A stretch of 64,000 nt of DNA from Psilocybe cubensis. Lineage: Eukaryota. Location of the stretch: positions 372,001-436,000 of the forward strand of contig CM039006.1 of the NCBI GenBank assembly GCA_017499595.2, in the 5' to 3' direction. A program made the position numbers and the translations under genes. How positions within the stretch are numbered: the stretch's first letter is position 1; every line of letters starts with the position of its first letter. Positions 14,522 through 26,624 of this stretch are shown here, in pieces. The notes beneath the pieces are model-generated. The model did no database searches, was not told the origin of the DNA, and saw only the letters and a program-made list of their open reading frames with translations.

Positions 14522-16782
14522 TTAGGCATTGACCTTCTTAACGATGAGAGGGAGCTGGGCATGGATGGAGTTGGAACCTTTGACAACGGGTGTCATCAAG
14601 AGGCCAACGTTCCAACCGATCTCTTTGTCCTTGGGTATGCTGAATTCGAGGGATTGGAGCAGAATGGCCAGAACAACTCCTGTTCAATACATCAGTATGT
14701 GTAATTTCTTAGAGCGTTCGGTGATCTTACTCATTTCAAGTTGAGCGAAGTTAAATCCACTGTAGTTTTCGTCAATGATTGTGTGCATCACAGGAATCAC
14801 CTATACTCACATACAAGCACGGTTCCCAGCAATGAAAGTCATTCTGAACAAATAAAGGGTTAAACTTGCGTCATGGATGATACAAAGAAAAACATACTGA
14901 TGGGCGAAAACTCCAGCCAAATCCTTAATCTTGGTTACACTTTCGGGGAGATCGGAAAGCCAACGCTCAGGCTTCCATTCACTGGCGTCTTCGCCCCAAG
15001 TCTTTGGGTTGTGATTTGCACCGATGATGTTGATGAAAATATCAGTGCCCTTCTCGACATGTACTTCGTTCATGACTGTGCCATCAGCACCGGTGATGGG
15101 GTGAAGGAGCGGGACAACCGTATCTTGCATAGTTCTAGTTTTTGCATGAGAATATGATATTATGAAATCGGATGTTCGACTTACTGTCGGAAAATAGTTG
15201 GAATGGGAGGGTGCCTAATTAAAAGTAAGTCTTCAAACGTCCTGAACAATATTCTACCGTAACGTACACTCTTAACGTTTCCTTGATCACAGCATCCAAG
15301 TAAGGAAGCGCAGTGAGATTGCTGAAGTCGATAGCCTCATCTTGGCCGTGATATGCCTCAGTAATCTCTGCCCGCAGCTTGGTTTGCACTTCGGGATGTT
15401 GTGCCAATAAATGAAGAGTGCGGGCAATAGCTCCGGAAGTGGTGTCCATGGCGGTGAAAACGAGAGTCCTTCACATGATGCTAAGCTAATATAAGGGAAC
15501 ATACTTGATGAATAACGTACGATATTTGACCAACGAGTTCATCTTCCGACATACGCTCAGATTCATCACTCGACCGATTTGCCCTTACTAAGTGTTTGAA
15601 TTAGAAAAGAATAGCGAAACGAATCGAACTGTGGCTCACAAAGAATACCCATTATATCTTTTCCGTCCTTGTCGTCAACACCAGCATCGATATCCTTCTC
15701 TTGTTCTTTCAGAATCTTTTGAGCTTCGTTGTCCATAATGTTCACAATGTCCACTAAACGCTGAAGGAGGGACCAGGGAATTAAACGCAGAACAAATCGA
15801 CGAAGCTGACGAGGTCCAAGGTATTTGAAGAAGGGAGTGAAAGGAGCACCTGGTACCATGACGGAAACAGTGGCCCTAGGAAGTGCATGAGAATCAACGC
15901 TTATTTAAGATGAGAAAAGTAGTGCGTACGCAAGTTCCTTTGTCGCGTCTGAGAATTCTGTGGCTTTGGCCATACTGCCAAATGAATGCCCCATCCCGCC
16001 TCTTCCGATGGCCTCGAGGGCAAATCTGTTAAGCCAGGCTGTGACATCAACTTCACGGGCGCTGCCTTTAACGAGAGACGAAATGTGTGTCTCGAGCTGT
16101 AATCACAATAGTAACAAGTTCGATATTCTACTACAAAAATACTGACCTCTCTAGCAATGTTAACAAACATAGGTGTCATTCCTCGGAGATATTTGACGGA
16201 GAAAGCTGGCGTCAGCATTTTACGCTGCTTTTTGTGTTGCGCTCCTGTAGTGGCCACAAGACCTGGTCCAAATAGCAGTCCATTCGTACTTCAAAAGACA
16301 ATATCGGTTAGACAGGAAGGGTTTCTCCATTTAAAAAACGTACGAAGCGAAAGCATCCCACTCCTCGAAAACGTCCTGCTCTTTCACAAGGATATGGTGT
16401 AGCGCCCTAGGATCATTAATCAAAAGAGAGCTGCCCTGTATCATATCGTTAATGAATGATCAATTACCAACGTTCAACGAGAAGCCAACTCACCCCAAAG
16501 AGAGTCCCAAACTTCGCCACTCCACCATAAACATTGTTAACATGGATTTGCCAGTCGCGTCCCGTGGCAGGAGCAATGAGATCCAACAAACTGCCTGTAA
16601 ATTGTAAGCTTGTCGTGGATGGAGTAAAAGTCGTTTCCGTAGAGCTCACCGGTAAAGAAATTGGAAGACGGTGGCCCTGGGACGTTACGCAAAGTCGATA
16701 CGCGTCTGTAGAGCCAGATACCTCCAAGACAGATGCTTGCTAGAAGTAAAGCACCGCCGTTGCCAGATATTGATGATGCCAT
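14522..16782 (-). CDS. Cytochrome P450, multi-exon
   Basis: N-terminal TM helix then VPGPPS; I-helix AMDTTS; ExxR (IKETLR); WKPERW; heme motif FIAGNRAC. Confidence 0.92.
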
Positions 16783-17582
16783 ACTGAAGGTTGACAAGGG
16801 GGTGAGAAAGAGGAGGTGTCCTCAATCGCTAATGTAGTGAGACTAATAGGAAATTCCTGAGAAAAAGACCTGCATACTTTGGGTTTTACTACGTACCTGT
16901 AGCCCAATTCCGCAAGCAACATTAACTCTCGGCCTTCCTATCGCTAACTCTGACTATGTTGATCCTTTGAAGTCGGCGATCTTCGGGGCTCCATAACATT
17001 TGAACAAAGCGTAACCGCCGTTGTCCACGAAAGATTGCGCCCGATTGTCATCGGGAAGATATAGAATAGAAGTAAAACCGAGATGAACCAGATTGCCAGC
17101 TAAAGGAACGTCAATCACTTTTTCCCACGATGTTCCAGAGTTCATTTCATGCTAATATTTGTCATTTTGGTGCTGGCTCCAGGTAACTTACTCTGATTCG
17201 ATCCATTTTCTACCATATGTTTGGGAAACAAAATTACTGTAGACGCTGTTATGTCATCGATTCGATTTTGGCGGCGTCTGGACAACATATGGACTCGAAA
17301 TATTTGTCACTAAAAGCATCAAATATAACCTGCTTTCTTCAATGTGAAGGAGCCGGGTGCCCGCAATGTTTCTTGAACCAATCTCCAATGGAGCGCACTT
17401 CCAATTTGGAAGTTTCCGGAGTGTGTGCAATAGATGCCTCCAACGGTAGATTTGTAAATACCGTTTGGGTCGATATTTCGAGAATGAGTGTGCTGCCTTT
17501 AAGGCTATCGGATATCTAGGCTTTGAAACCCAAAACTTTCCCCAAACGACCTCAAAGATACCTTTCCATCTTATCTGTTACC

Positions 17583-18795
17583 ATGTCTGCTGAAGTCGCA
17601 CGCGTTGCAATCGTTACTGGCGCTGCCCAAGGAATTGGCAAGTCGATCGCCCTCAGGCTAGCAGAGGACGGCCTCGACGTTGTGGTCAACGATATTCCTT
17701 CCAAATCTTCTGAACTTGACTCTGTCAAAGCAGCAGTTGAGGCCAAAGGGAGAAAATCACTTGCTGTAGTCGGCGATATTTCTTCTGAGGCTGATGTTAT
17801 CGCCCTCGTTGAAAAGACCGTCTCCGCACTTGGAGGGCTGGATGTGGTAAGTTCATTCCCCAGTCAATGCTCTACCTAAGTTTATAACATATTTTTAGAT
17901 GGTTGCAAACGCTGGGATTCTTTTCCCCACTCCATTGGTAGATTGTATGTGTCTCGTGCATTTTGAAGGGCGTGGATTTGGCGCTAATGTAGCACAGTAC
18001 CCGTTTCTGAATGGGATAGGATCTTCAACATCAACGCCCGAGGAACCTTCCTGTGCTACCGTCATGCCGCAAAGCAAATGATCAAACAAGGCCGTGGCGG
18101 ACGAATCATCGGTGCTGCATCCTCTGCATCAAAGCAGGGAATCGCGAATCTTGGCCATTACAGCGCATCGAAATTCGCTGTTCGAGGTCTCACTCAGTCT
18201 GCAGGTAAAGAGATTTATGTGAAGATTTTGAGCGACAACCTAAAACTTTATTCAGCACTAGAATGGGGAGCCCACAAAATTACAGTGAACAGCTACGCAC
18301 CAAGTACGTAAACGTTCTGCCTGCAATTACCGTTGCTGATAAGATTGTGGCCAGGCACCGTGGAGACCCCAATGGGTACGTAGATTGGCATTCTCATGCA
18401 ATACTCTCGATCTGATTCAGATTGATTCCAGTCGACAACTTTGTTTCGAGCGTTGGTGCTCCCAGGGACGCCTTCTACGCAGGAGTAAGTGACACCTTAC
18501 CATAAACCTTGAAAGATCTTATTCAACATTGAACTCACTTTAGCAAAGCCAACTTTCTGCCGTTGGATATCACGGTCAACCCGAGTACATCGCAGATCTG
18601 GTCTCATTCCTTGCTTCGAAAGGATCTCATCATATCACCGGTACGCATTATGTTTTGCTTCTATCGGTACTTCGAATTAACGCCTTTTTGTTTTAGGACA
18701 AACTGTAAGCATCCCGGAAACTATTGTTGTATCGCTGACTGACCAGTGCATCTGTTTATTAGATTAACATTGATGGAGGCAAGTTCTTCGACTGA
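17583..18795 (+). CDS. Short-chain dehydrogenase/reductase (acetoin/diacetyl reductase-like), multi-exon
   Basis: TGAAQGIG Rossmann motif, MVANAGI, GRIIGASS-like, catalytic YSASK, ITVNSYAP, ITGQT..IDGG. Confidence 0.9.
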
Positions 18796-19726
18796 GAAGG
18801 TAGCGCTGTTTTGCTTTAGGTGTTCAACGGTCCTAGTTTAAATCGCACTATCATAAACTGTACTTTGTATTAGAAACCGGTTAATTATCAGACACTTTTA
18901 ATCGCTTCATATTGTGGCATAGACAAACCTTCTTGGATGAAGAACTTAGACGCATTGCAAAGGATGGGATGAAGAGGCTGGAATGGGTGTTGTTTCGTTA
19001 CTGAATTCGTGCATGGCCCGAGCGTCAAGTTGATAATCACGTGAATACCTTGACATCTGACGGATCTTGATCAGGGGTAAAGCCGAGACGGGCGCTTGCG
19101 ATAATAGCGCTTAATCTAACCTCACGATTCCATGAACGAAGGTATACATATAACATGTAACGGGAGATGTCAACAATTTGGGATCTGGGAGTATTTTCAG
19201 ACTTCATTTCTATCCTGCTGTAGAATGTATTGTTGACAAGCATCTACCCAATATTTGCCAGAAAATTTGTGACGTCAGGAAGCAAACTTAGGCACCGAGT
19301 TCAGACTCGCTTACCGTGTATTGGATCTTGACAGAATCGCCTTCAATTGCCGACGCGTATTGCTCTGAAAATCTTCAATTCTCTATGGCATGAAAATCAT
19401 GTCCCTGTCTTTGTTATACATCTAAAATCCGTAGACGACAATCCTGCGTTAAGCATCTATATCCGACACATGGCGTAGAAACATATAATTAGCAGTAGGA
19501 TAAGCAACACATATCCTACCGCAGATTCATATCAACATTGATTATTGAATGAACTTTTTGCACCACCTTTGAGTCTTACTCTACGTACTACTACTGAGTG
19601 TAATACCCTGTATGATAAATTCTATGTATTTCCCCCCGTAATATTATAAACAAGTTCTATTGAGAAATTTATATTAGCTCCTGCATGTGTCATAATATTA
19701 TGTTTCAATCAGACATCTCCTCTTTG

Positions 19727-19747
19727 CCTGGACTCTTTAAGTCCAGG
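19727..19747 (-). other. Hairpin CCTGGACT-ctttA-AGTCCAGG, candidate Helitron 3' terminator
   Basis: Perfect 8-bp stem and 5-nt loop, about 50 nt past the RepHel stop and 14 nt before a CTRR (CTGA) followed by T. Confidence 0.4.
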
Positions 19748-19798
19748 TTTAGGGTGGTAGCATTTTTCTATAAAAGGAAATAGGTGGTCTCGTTCGGT

Positions 19799-22700
19799 CT
19801 AGATTGGTCTAGATTGTTCGACGTCGGACTTCGCTATGTTGTCCAGTCTGTTTAACTCGTTGCGCAGTTCTTCAGGTAACCGATTGTATATTTTATTCTC
19901 AGGGAACCATCGTAGAACTAGTAATCCAGATATGGATTTTACTCTGGAGAGCATTACATATGCACCTTGACCTCTTGCCGTTAATAAATCAACAATTACC
20001 CTATCAAGTGTGCGACCTTGTCCTTTATAGTCTGTGTACGCATACGCTGGTATTAGTGGGACTTGTTTCCGTGTAAAGCTGTCAAACAATTTGATATGCT
20101 TTTGGTATTTAACATCTATTGAAGTCGAAGAAGGGAAAATTGGAACAACATCTTTTTCTAGCCCGTCTACTTGTATTCCACAACCTTTGACGTGTACATA
20201 CACAGCTTTGCAGTATCGACGGTATTTCTCGTCCACTTCATATTTTATGTCTGTGACTATACCCTCAGTGCCATTGACTATTTTATCATCGAATGCAATG
20301 TTTTCTGTTATCATTACTTTCATTCCAATGAAAAGAGGTAGTTTTCCAAGGGCGTCGTTTGTTTTTGTTGAAGGTAGTCTCCATAATATCTGTTGGAACT
20401 CACCTGTAATCCTTTTTTTGTGTCTCTCATCTCGTGAATAGTATATATGTGGTGATATATTTGCTTTTGTTGAATGGTACTTGATTAGCTTGGCATTCAG
20501 GATGTCTCGTACGGCCTTGTTGCCTACAATGATAGGTGCATCTCTGAACAATGCTAGTGTTTTTGGATTAGAAGCCTGTTTCTGGATAAGTCTGTTATAT
20601 ATATAATGGTAATCTGACTGTTCATTGTCACTTTTAATATTGTTAATATTACTTCTGCAGAGGCCCAATCTTAGTCTATCAAGAAAAAGGGCATACTTTA
20701 TGTCTCTTGCGTGTCTTTCGTTTTTGACTAGTTGTATCACTGTTTTTACTTGTCTCCATAGAAATGCGCCATTTAGTTGTGATGGTCCTGACACGTTCCG
20801 AGCTTCTGCAAAAGACGGGTTCTTCACCAATTCATTTGCATATAATGGCTTTTGTAGAGGGGGTTTTAGTTGTGCGCAGTCGCCCATAAATATTACATTA
20901 ATTCCTCCGAATGGTTTATTGCTGTTAACGACGTCATCTCCTTTCCCTTGCCTAATTCTGATAGAGATTTCACTGAGGAATTTTGCGCTTATCATTGAGG
21001 TCTCGTCTATTATTAAAGTTTTTATGTATTTCCAAATTTGAATTAGTTTAAGTTTATTGGGTTTTGCTTGTGACTGATTTGCATGAGATACTATCAGTGA
21101 GTGTAGTGTTTGTCCTCCGATCAGCACTGCCGCTATTCCGGTCGGTGCTCCTAATAATAACTCATTCCTGCGATGCAAGCGCTCGAATAACATAATCAGA
21201 CATTTTATCAAATGGGATTTACCTGTACCGCCAACGCCTGCAATATGAATCAGCAACTGTTCCTTGTTGTCGGTTATGATATGGTTACCGATGATTCGGA
21301 ACGCCTTTAGCTGTTCTGGGTTATTTAAAAGTCCCATTTCTTCTGCGATGTTGTTCATGGTGTCAGTGTCTGTTATTGAATTGTAATTATGACTTAAATC
21401 ATACAAATCCTGGAGTATAGCTTGCTTGGCAATAGGTGCATAGTTCCCATTGCGATATCGTTTGGGTGGCGTAGTTATGTCGTCTGTGTCGGGTTCATGT
21501 AGCATTGCACGTTTTCTTTTTGATTTCATGATGGCGCGATGGCTTGCTAACAGATCATCCACTTCATGTGATGTTAGAGTTTGTTGGTTTACTGGAACTG
21601 ATTTTTGATATTCCGTGTCCACAGCAGTTTCCGTTGTATCCAGTGGGAGACACATGTCTAGAAATCTTGAAGTTTCCTCTCCTATGTTATCTATGGAGTC
21701 GTGTAAGTTTGTTGTAAAGTCTTCGTTGGGGTTTTCAATGCATTGGAAGGGATCTGGAGAGTATACATCGTTAGGGTTGAGGGTGTCTGTATTACCTTCC
21801 GTGTCTGTTAATATTATATCCTGTACTTCATCGGACACTACATCCTCGGATGTTTTTCCACGTCTGCGCTGCCTGTGTGCGTCGCGGGCCTCGCTACATT
21901 CTGTCAAAGCTTGCATGTTCTGTATGATGCGCGTGTGTTCTAGTTTCATTGATATCTCGTAGTTATGAAATGCGTCTGTCCATGTTTCTGATGGGGTCTT
22001 TAAATCTGATATATCCCTCCACGGTTTGAAGAGGAGTAACATGTCCCTTGCCCAGTCATCTTTTAGTTGATCAGACTTCAATGGATTCGGAATAGAAGGG
22101 CCTAGTATAATTGGTATACAACTTTTTCTTCTGATTGTCATATAATGGGTGAAATACTCAGGGTGCTCGTCGTTTAAGAATGATCCTGGACGTACTGCTG
22201 TTTCAATGTGTAACATTTCTTTGGTATACCGTTGTTTGATACCCCATGCTACAAAGTCATACAAACACAAATCTATGAATTTGTCGTTCGCTGGTCTTAA
22301 ACAATAGTCCAGTCGTTGGTTGGACGCCGTTATGTCTCTGTCACCCATATTTAACTCAACTGACTCTTCGTTTTCTTGTTCGTTGGTATTGCTTACGTCG
22401 TCTAATGTGCTGTTGTTGGGCGTCTGATTGGATTTAGTGTGATGAGACATGCAAAACCTTCTTATACTGTGCCATTTGAGTATAGCAAATTTGTGAGATG
22501 TGTAGTGGTCGCCTCCGCCTACTAGATAGCTCATTACTTGTGGTTGTGATATTTCCTGTCTGCCCATCATACTATTAACAGCTGTTATGATGGCACCCAC
22601 TGTTTGATTGTCTGATATTTCTGATTGATTTGCGGACATTTTGCTGTACGCTTTACTTACAGCATACGACAACGCGGCCATACCTGCATGAACTGGTAGA

Positions 22701-25660
22701 GATGCCTTTGTTATATAATCAGTAACATAGTACAAGAACGCTTTTGCTGCATCTCCTGACCCTACGAATTTAATGTCCATGTTGCACTGCAATAAGAATG
22801 ATACTATATCAGTGTGTTGCGCTAATCTTGGATGGTGTCTGCGGAGTAGTATCTCTTTTGTTATTTCGTCTAATGTAGTCTTTTCCAAGGTCTGCCCATT
22901 TATACCCATTCTGCAATTATTGTCTGATTTGGATTGACCTCGTTCAAGGTATTTCCAGCACGTTGCTTGGTGCTCGTGCCATGCGTACTGATGTAAGATT
23001 CGCTCCAGGAAGAAGTCGAACTCGAGCCAAAATTGGTTTATATCGGTATAATTTTGTGGGGAAGGTGATTGTATTACACCTGGATGAGGATCACCTGTTT
23101 CAGTAGATAGTATTCGTCGGGGGTAATCGTTAGTCTGTTGTTCGGATCCTACTGAGTTTGGAAATTCACATTGAATTATAGATTCGATCCACATGAACAC
23201 TCTTGTTTGATAATGTATTGATCGGGTCATTTCATCGCGTAGTTTCTGGGGAGATAAGTGCCCGTGCAACCAAATCAGCATGTGGCAATGTAATGTTCCT
23301 TTACCTTGTGCCTCGACAGTACCGTAGTACGCTGTACATTTGCCGTATAAACCATTTTCCTCGCGCCCGTATCGTAATATGACGTTAATGAAGTTGTTTA
23401 TCATTAGGTCAAAAAAACGTGCACATCCTGAAGGGTTCCGTGCTGCAAAGAGTGATCTTCTCCATTTCGTCCAGTCCTCTCCTCGTTCGATACTTTCCAA
23501 TGAAATATCCTCACCCGCTAACAGACGTACGATAGGGTTGTCCACGTCAGACGGGTTGATAGTGATGAATAGTGTTGGTGTTCCTTTATTATTAATCAAT
23601 GCCCTGATTTGGTTACGTAGAGTTAGTTTGTAGCCATCGCTCCCGGGTACGTGTTTTGATACCAGTCTGATCGAAGACAGTAGTCTAAAAGCTTCTTTTT
23701 CTTTTGTTTCTGTTGGTTTGTAATACGGATTTTTCTCACATTCTTTGGTTAAGTGACTTAACATGTCTAAATCGATATTTAACAGTTCGTTAGCTATTTT
23801 CTTGTGTGACGATTGGGATACCGAGAAACGTAGACTCTGGGACACTAGTGCCTTCCGACATATGTTATAGAAAATAAACGCGAATTCTGGGTCTTTCGCA
23901 AACGGGCTGTCGTCTACTAAAAGAAGATGTTTGAGTTGTTCCTCCATGCTTATTTTAATCTTTCGTCCGGGATGGTAAAACCCTCCGATACCCCAAGGGT
24001 CCAGATGGGGGAATAACCATGTCAAGATCGATGGATTTTGAAAGTCAGGTACCATACTAGATCCTGTACCAGAAGCCAGGAATGGTTTCCCAGTGAGACA
24101 TCTCTCCAAAGCAGTTGATTTCATAGTCAGGAATGCCTGTGGTGAGTTGTCTCCAGATGTATATCCTACATTTTCCATCAGTAATTCATTGTATAATTCG
24201 TCCTTTGAATTTTCATCCACATTTCGACATGTATAATCTGCGACGGCTGAGCTGATGGCGTCGTTATCGGTCATAGCGCCTATATGTACGGCGTGTGGTA
24301 TACCCTCGTCTTTGTCGTTGTCAAACAAAAGTCTCATATTCTCTTCGCTGTACTCGGTGCTCGCAGAGTATTCTGGATTTTCGGTTAATAGAAAGTGTAT
24401 TATTGTCTTTACCCTCGATCTTCGGACTAAGGTAGGTTTATATCTGTGAATGGTCTTACGGTTAGGTAGATCTTTACCGATGAATATAGCACACATTGTG
24501 TCCCTTATCGTGTCAGACGCAGGTGGTATAACATTGTTCATGCGTATCACGTCTAGCGGTGATACTAGAACGTTTCCTCTTATACCTTTCCTAGCTCGAC
24601 TCAACGTATTTTCGTTGTCGTCTTTGTCTTCTGTTTGTGTGGTGTGGTTCAATCTGCACGTGATTACACTGGACCGTGCTCGCGAACATAACATCCTGTC
24701 GAAGATAGTTGAATGTTCTATCGCCGTCTTCACGGTTTCTGGTAAACTTTCAATTCCATAATACATCCAGTTACACAAAGCAAATTTAGGCATAGTGAAG
24801 GCCGCTAGTGCTTTGTCACATTTTGGACAGAGACATAGCTTGCCAATACGATCACGGTATTCCATGCCTTTATAATGCAGTATGGCCTTTCTGTAAATCT
24901 TGATATCATAAGTCTTAGGTAAAATTGAATCTGGCAAGTGTGGATTTTGTAGTAGATTCAGCTTGGTATTGTCTGGGTTTACCCATATACAATCGCGCTT
25001 GAAAAACCTCAAAGCGCATGCCGCGCATACTACATTGGACAGTCTGTCCGTAGACATTTCTTGTTTCCATTCCCGTATAATTTTTAATTTTTCATCTTTC
25101 CCGATAGGTTTAAGATGATCTTCGTCGATGGGGACCGCTTTAACTCGATTGGGTTGCTGTGATTCTGTAATCGTATCCGCGCAGTCTATACCAGGATTGT
25201 CTTGTGGTGGGTTGTTCAAATTTTCTTTGGCAACAGTTCGTCTTTCAAAATCGAAATTGCCACACCGTTCTTCGAAAATACTGAATATATGTTGACGTGG
25301 TCTTGCCATGCATTTGAAAACATATATCAAGTTACTGCATTTGCTACTGCATTGGTGTTCAAATATCTTAGCGAATAGTTTGGGTTTAGTTAAACGGGAA
25401 AATTGTATGCCATGGGAATCGGCTATGGCTTTCATGTCATTCATAGTAAAATATCTGAACCAGAACATCAGTACAGAGATACTGACAGTGAATACGAGAT
25501 TTGTAGTGTCATTTATGTGTTTTATAGCGTCATCATGATAAAGCCATATTGTGGTGAACTTGTAATATTCGTTGAAACGTAACACTTTAAGCTTTTCTAC
25601 ATATGGACGGCTATATTCGGGTTTGTACCTGTAGATATCGATATCTGAAATTTCGTCCAA
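19799..25660 (-). CDS. Helitron Rep/helicase transposase (N-terminal Cys-rich DUF6570-like region + HUH Rep + PIF1-family SF1B helicase); true start uncertain
   Basis: 1953-codon stop-free ORF. Rep motif 1 PTLFITINP, HUH motif 2 YYGTVEAQGKGTLHCHMLIW, motif 3 YVTDYITK. Helicase GVGGTGKS, IIDETSMIS, PFGGINVIFMGDCAQLKPP, PAYAYTDYKGQGRTL. Upstream LCPKCDKAL..PKFALCN. Confidence 0.95.
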   Translation of the reverse strand: MDEISDIDIYRYKPEYSRPYVEKLKVLRFNEYYKFTTIWLYHDDAIKHINDTTNLVFTVSISVLMFWFRYFTMNDMKAIADSHGIQFSRLTKPKLFAKIFEHQCSSKCSNLIYVFKCMARPRQHIFSIFEERCGNFDFERRTVAKENLNNPPQDNPGIDCADTITESQQPNRVKAVPIDEDHLKPIGKDEKLKIIREWKQEMSTDRLSNVVCAACALRFFKRDCIWVNPDNTKLNLLQNPHLPDSILPKTYDIKIYRKAILHYKGMEYRDRIGKLCLCPKCDKALAAFTMPKFALCNWMYYGIESLPETVKTAIEHSTIFDRMLCSRARSSVITCRLNHTTQTEDKDDNENTLSRARKGIRGNVLVSPLDVIRMNNVIPPASDTIRDTMCAIFIGKDLPNRKTIHRYKPTLVRRSRVKTIIHFLLTENPEYSASTEYSEENMRLLFDNDKDEGIPHAVHIGAMTDNDAISSAVADYTCRNVDENSKDELYNELLMENVGYTSGDNSPQAFLTMKSTALERCLTGKPFLASGTGSSMVPDFQNPSILTWLFPHLDPWGIGGFYHPGRKIKISMEEQLKHLLLVDDSPFAKDPEFAFIFYNICRKALVSQSLRFSVSQSSHKKIANELLNIDLDMLSHLTKECEKNPYYKPTETKEKEAFRLLSSIRLVSKHVPGSDGYKLTLRNQIRALINNKGTPTLFITINPSDVDNPIVRLLAGEDISLESIERGEDWTKWRRSLFAARNPSGCARFFDLMINNFINVILRYGREENGLYGKCTAYYGTVEAQGKGTLHCHMLIWLHGHLSPQKLRDEMTRSIHYQTRVFMWIESIIQCEFPNSVGSEQQTNDYPRRILSTETGDPHPGVIQSPSPQNYTDINQFWLEFDFFLERILHQYAWHEHQATCWKYLERGQSKSDNNCRMGINGQTLEKTTLDEITKEILLRRHHPRLAQHTDIVSFLLQCNMDIKFVGSGDAAKAFLYYVTDYITKASLPVHAGMAALSYAVSKAYSKMSANQSEISDNQTVGAIITAVNSMMGRQEISQPQVMSYLVGGGDHYTSHKFAILKWHSIRRFCMSHHTKSNQTPNNSTLDDVSNTNEQENEESVELNMGDRDITASNQRLDYCLRPANDKFIDLCLYDFVAWGIKQRYTKEMLHIETAVRPGSFLNDEHPEYFTHYMTIRRKSCIPIILGPSIPNPLKSDQLKDDWARDMLLLFKPWRDISDLKTPSETWTDAFHNYEISMKLEHTRIIQNMQALTECSEARDAHRQRRRGKTSEDVVSDEVQDIILTDTEGNTDTLNPNDVYSPDPFQCIENPNEDFTTNLHDSIDNIGEETSRFLDMCLPLDTTETAVDTEYQKSVPVNQQTLTSHEVDDLLASHRAIMKSKRKRAMLHEPDTDDITTPPKRYRNGNYAPIAKQAILQDLYDLSHNYNSITDTDTMNNIAEEMGLLNNPEQLKAFRIIGNHIITDNKEQLLIHIAGVGGTGKSHLIKCLIMLFERLHRRNELLLGAPTGIAAVLIGGQTLHSLIVSHANQSQAKPNKLKLIQIWKYIKTLIIDETSMISAKFLSEISIRIRQGKGDDVVNSNKPFGGINVIFMGDCAQLKPPLQKPLYANELVKNPSFAEARNVSGPSQLNGAFLWRQVKTVIQLVKNERHARDIKYALFLDRLRLGLCRSNINNIKSDNEQSDYHYIYNRLIQKQASNPKTLALFRDAPIIVGNKAVRDILNAKLIKYHSTKANISPHIYYSRDERHKKRITGEFQQILWRLPSTKTNDALGKLPLFIGMKVMITENIAFDDKIVNGTEGIVTDIKYEVDEKYRRYCKAVYVHVKGCGIQVDGLEKDVVPIFPSSTSIDVKYQKHIKLFDSFTRKQVPLIPAYAYTDYKGQGRTLDRVIVDLLTARGQGAYVMLSRVKSISGLLVLRWFPENKIYNRLPEELRNELNRLDNIAKSDVEQSRPI

Positions 25661-26073
25661 CGCGTGAAATCGGAATTAATCCGTGTCAATTTAAATTCAT
25701 TTAATATCAAGTTTCAAGTTTAACCAGATTTGAATTGGATACAAGGTGACGAATCGAATTTTTCATCAGCGATAATTCCCATAGGTAAAACGATTACTTA
25801 CCGCGTTGCAGAGTCGACGCTTTCAACGACGATACCGTGTTTTGTGTGTTAATATAAGTGGTCTGCGTTGTGTAATTTGACAGATAGTTCTACTATAAGT
25901 TTTTGTAAGCGCTCACCATTCTTCAATATATCTGGAAATGGGTCTGTCGGGGCGTTGGTGTTGATTTTATCTGTTCTGGTCTTTTGTCTTATTTAAATAG
26001 GGTGTACTCGTTTATATAGAGTTTTGTCTGTGTATGGTATCTGGTACTGTTACTGAAATTCGTTCAATGATTC

Positions 26074-26474
26074 TTTAATTGGGTCCAGTCACGAACTGTT
26101 CATGTAACACCAAGTAGGCGACACTTTGTCCGCCGTGTGTTGTTATTTTGTTTGGTTGTCAGATCATATGAGTAATAGCAACTATCACGCTAACTAGTCA
26201 GCACTTTTACCCATCGTGGGAGGAAGTGTACGTGTTTATGTTTACGTGATGACGTATGCAAGTATTACTGTCACTTAGCTTGTGTTTAATTGGGTCCAGT
26301 CACGAACTGCTCACGTAACACCAAGTAAGCAACACTTTGTCCGCCGTGTGTTGTTATTTTGTTTGGTTGTCAGATCATATGAGTAATAGCAACTATCACG
26401 CTAACTAGCCAGCACTTTTACCCATCGTGGGAGGAAGTGTACGTGCTTATGTTTACGTGATGATGTATGCAAGT
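26074..26474. repeat. Tandem direct duplication, period 211 bp (about 190-bp copies 26074-26263 and 26285-26474)
   Basis: Both copies start tttaattgggtccagtcacgaactg and end gtatgcaagt, with a few substitutions. Confidence 0.92.
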
Positions 26475-26624
26475 CTTAGCTCGTGTTGTAAGTGACGGTG
26501 TATTGCATTCTGAGTCTCTTTATGTGTAAACCGCGACGTAGATTTAAGGTCAGGTCGTCAGACAGAGTCAGTGTGCGCAAGTTCACAGCTCCATTGTTAT
26601 GGCGAATCTTGGTGAGCGCCTCAA

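Larger units (their letters stand above)
19709..25660 (-). mobile_element. Helitron-type rolling-circle transposon, minimal extent (5' end not found; may extend far to the right)
   Basis: RepHel ORF plus a candidate 3' end: 8-bp-stem hairpin at 19727-19747 followed on the minus strand by CTGA|T at 19712-19708. Confidence 0.7.

Noticed and set aside
20034..25538. Several + strand ORFs inside the RepHel
   Set aside because: Antisense shadows of the long minus-strand ORF with no recognisable motifs.
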